NCBI GenBank assembly: GCA_051362555.1
Contig: CM120649.1
Coordinates: 7,254,001-7,318,000, forward strand
Source of the DNA: Lingula anatina
Taxonomy: Eukaryota > Animalia > Brachiopoda
Direction: 5' to 3'
DNA length: 64,000 nt
The notes beneath the pieces are model-generated. The model saw only the letters and a list, made by a program, of their open reading frames with translations, searched no databases and was not told the DNA's origin. The position numbers were made by a program, and so were the translations under genes. The number at the start of each line of letters is the position of its first letter. Position 1 is the stretch's first letter. Positions 61,716-64,000 of the stretch are shown in pieces.

Positions 61716-62011
61716 ATTATATTTTCTTTTAATATAGTACGTTAATTAAGTACCAACATTTATAAAAGTTTGCAAGGAGTATGCGCAACTTAAGCATAGA
61801 AAAAAATGATTGTTATACTGTACATGTATCTTGTGACTCTTAATTTACGGAAACGCCAATACATTGGTCAGGTGGTATTCGCAAGTTCCGAATTGCCGTA
61901 CGTGTACGGCCGCGGGTATTTATTTGGACCAACAATTATTCGCTTATTAAAACAAATTCAAGATTTCCCAGACCTGTTCACACGCAATCCAACCATTTTC
62001 TGTTTAGAACT

Positions 62012-62254
62012 GGGTTCCCATACTTAGATCGATCCATCTGGATCGACCTAACTCCCTGGGGGTTCACGCTAAATTGCAATCAGCTCAAGAGGCTTAGATG
62101 TCTGACACGTCTACCGAATCAGCTAGGGGTAAAGATAATTACCCCCTAACAACTTTAATAGGCGTCACAGACGTTTATGCCGGTTAGTTTGATAGCAATT
62201 TAGTGAGACACCCAAGGGAGATAGATCGATCCAAATATCTGTGGGAATGGTCCC
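62012..62254. mobile_element. Foldback MITE, copy 4
   Basis: Same core as 35533-35736; ends ATCTGTGGGAATGGTCCC. Confidence 0.85.
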
Positions 62255-63019
62255 TATGACATCTGGATGACTGCCTCGAACGCTCTGCTTCAGACAAGGT
62301 CGTATAGTTTTATTCAATTTAGCTCAGTTCATTTATTTCGGGCCAATACAATAGTGGGAAGATGCAATGATAATATGGTGGACATAAAATATAGTACAAT
62401 ATTATAACAAGGTGGTCTAATACAATATGGTATAACCAGAAATCATATAAGCTTACTCTGAGAAGCACCTTGTTGCATTTGGTGAGAGTAACATAATAAT
62501 ATAGTAACAATTAAACAAATAACCACCATTAAGTACCCATCTCTCCTCAATATATAAGGCGTTCCTTATCTACATGTACCTCGGAAGGACCCGTAGGACT
62601 CATAATGCATTTGTTATTATGTCACAGCTTCATAAGATAGGATGTTTTATTTGGCTTACGTGGACTGGGTTGTATTTTAATGTTACGAAATGTGACGAAA
62701 TGTGACGAAATACGCCTGTAATTATGCTATTATTCGAAGTGCCAGCCATTGGATAAGTCAGTTACAAAATACCAGGGACACAGACTGATTTTCCTTTGCT
62801 ATTCACAGATATTTCCATGGCTAATTGACACCATCACTCTACTATATATAGCCTCTGGTAGAAAGCACAAGTAGTTAACAGCAATCGACTCGTATTAATT
62901 TGAATGTACTTGCTGTCTTAACATTAAGAAAATCGACGGCATATCAGGATGAGCCAATCTTTTCAAAGCGTTTCCCGTGCTCATTTAGTTGGGTTTAAGT
63001 TCACAAGGTCACTGCATTA

Positions 63020-63200
63020 AACCCAAAATATCAGCAAAAGCATTTAGCGTGATACAATCAGCATGTCAAAACACATTGTGCAACTGTTACAACTAACACA
63101 ATGAGATAATATTGCTCCGTACATGCGAACTATTAGTTTCCAGGGTCCTTCTGTTATCCCCCGTTTGCAACTTTGATTACTGAATGACCGTCTGTCTGAG
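63020..63200 (-). mobile_element. Degenerate LINE reverse transcriptase fragment
   Basis: KRGITEGPWKLIVRMYGAILSHCV...F resembles the GI-G--W-LI--MY...S-V-N...F...GVRQG segment of non-LTR RT. Confidence 0.5.
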
Positions 63201-63772
63201 TTTTTAGTATGACCCACAGCATAGTCACTTGTCTGTATGAAGAGAAGTATGTGTGGCACAGATTGAGAGAAAGTATCTGATAAATTAGCAATGAATTACA
63301 ATTTAAATAACCCGTTTGACATTCCAATAAAAAAAAATAATGATAAGATTAAAAGCGTAATACGCGTTAAAAGGCTCATTCATTAAAACGCTAAATTTGC
63401 GTCCTAATTCTCGAATGTCTCCCGTCACCGAAGCCAAACGCCCCCTCGGTCGCTAACAGACTAAGATAGGGAAGTAGCCGACTAACAAACAAAGTCAAAT
63501 GCAGGCAGGCTGTTTACAAAATTATGAGCACCGGAAGAGTCCGCACGCGCCGACTGTTTAACAGCTGTCCACCAACGCAGTAGCACCGCGTGTCCAGTAA
63601 ATAATGTGGTCAGACGGCCGTCAGCACGGAGCAGCATCGGGCAATATTTATCTATAGTTAGGGAAGTGTTTGCAGATTGCAGTTTCTTTAAAGGACGTCC
63701 GGAAGCACTGTATGGTCCACTTACTGTGGTATGCGAGAACGAAAAAATTCATCAGGCAATTCAGTATGAAAA

Positions 63773-63774
<2 letters not shown>

Positions 63775-63817
<43 letters not shown>
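63775..63817. repeat. (GA)n microsatellite
   Basis: Direct reading. Confidence 0.95.
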
Positions 63818-63821
<4 letters not shown>

Positions 63822-64000
63822 ATATGGCGGTGATGAATGTTTGTATTTGGTCAAAAATCAACTTGGATACGGAAGACAGATAGAAACTGTGACAGAAAAA
63901 AGACCCAACCGCTCCACATGCATTACAAACCATTTCTATAACGACATTGCCCCCCTCCCCTCATTTTTCTGACGATACGTGTGTGTGTGTGTGTGTGTGT

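Noticed and set aside
63606-63972. ER-repeat ORFs
   Set aside because: Translation of the (GA)n microsatellite.

Overview
AT-rich, intron-containing, repeat-dense eukaryotic DNA. The repeat families and gene types suggest a marine invertebrate, probably a mollusc or other lophotrochozoan (inference). Three long single-exon ORFs encode a TRPV-like channel (5757-7859, -) and two class A GPCRs (21576-22763, +; 57682-58899, -). Manual splicing recovers genes that the ORF track shows only as fragments: a tandem pair of 5-exon genes for secreted, extremely Trp-rich, 10-Cys proteins with a probable Spaetzle-like cystine knot (43542-45762 and 48519-51647, +); a 2-exon gene for a 56-aa secreted Tyr/Gly/Arg-rich peptide (41982-42511, -) lying head-to-head with that pair; and a CUB-like single-pass membrane protein gene (10944-14472, -) that appears to need a 7-nt microexon. 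Also present are VWA and D8C (uromodulin-type) pseudogene exons, a degenerate DIRS-type tyrosine-recombinase retrotransposon, an env-like ORF, several Tc1/mariner relics, Helentron-type non-autonomous elements, Harbinger-, piggyBac- and hAT-like MITEs, and microsatellites. The most interesting signal is the aromatic-rich secreted protein cluster at 42-52 kb. All gene models were built by eye and no database search was run.
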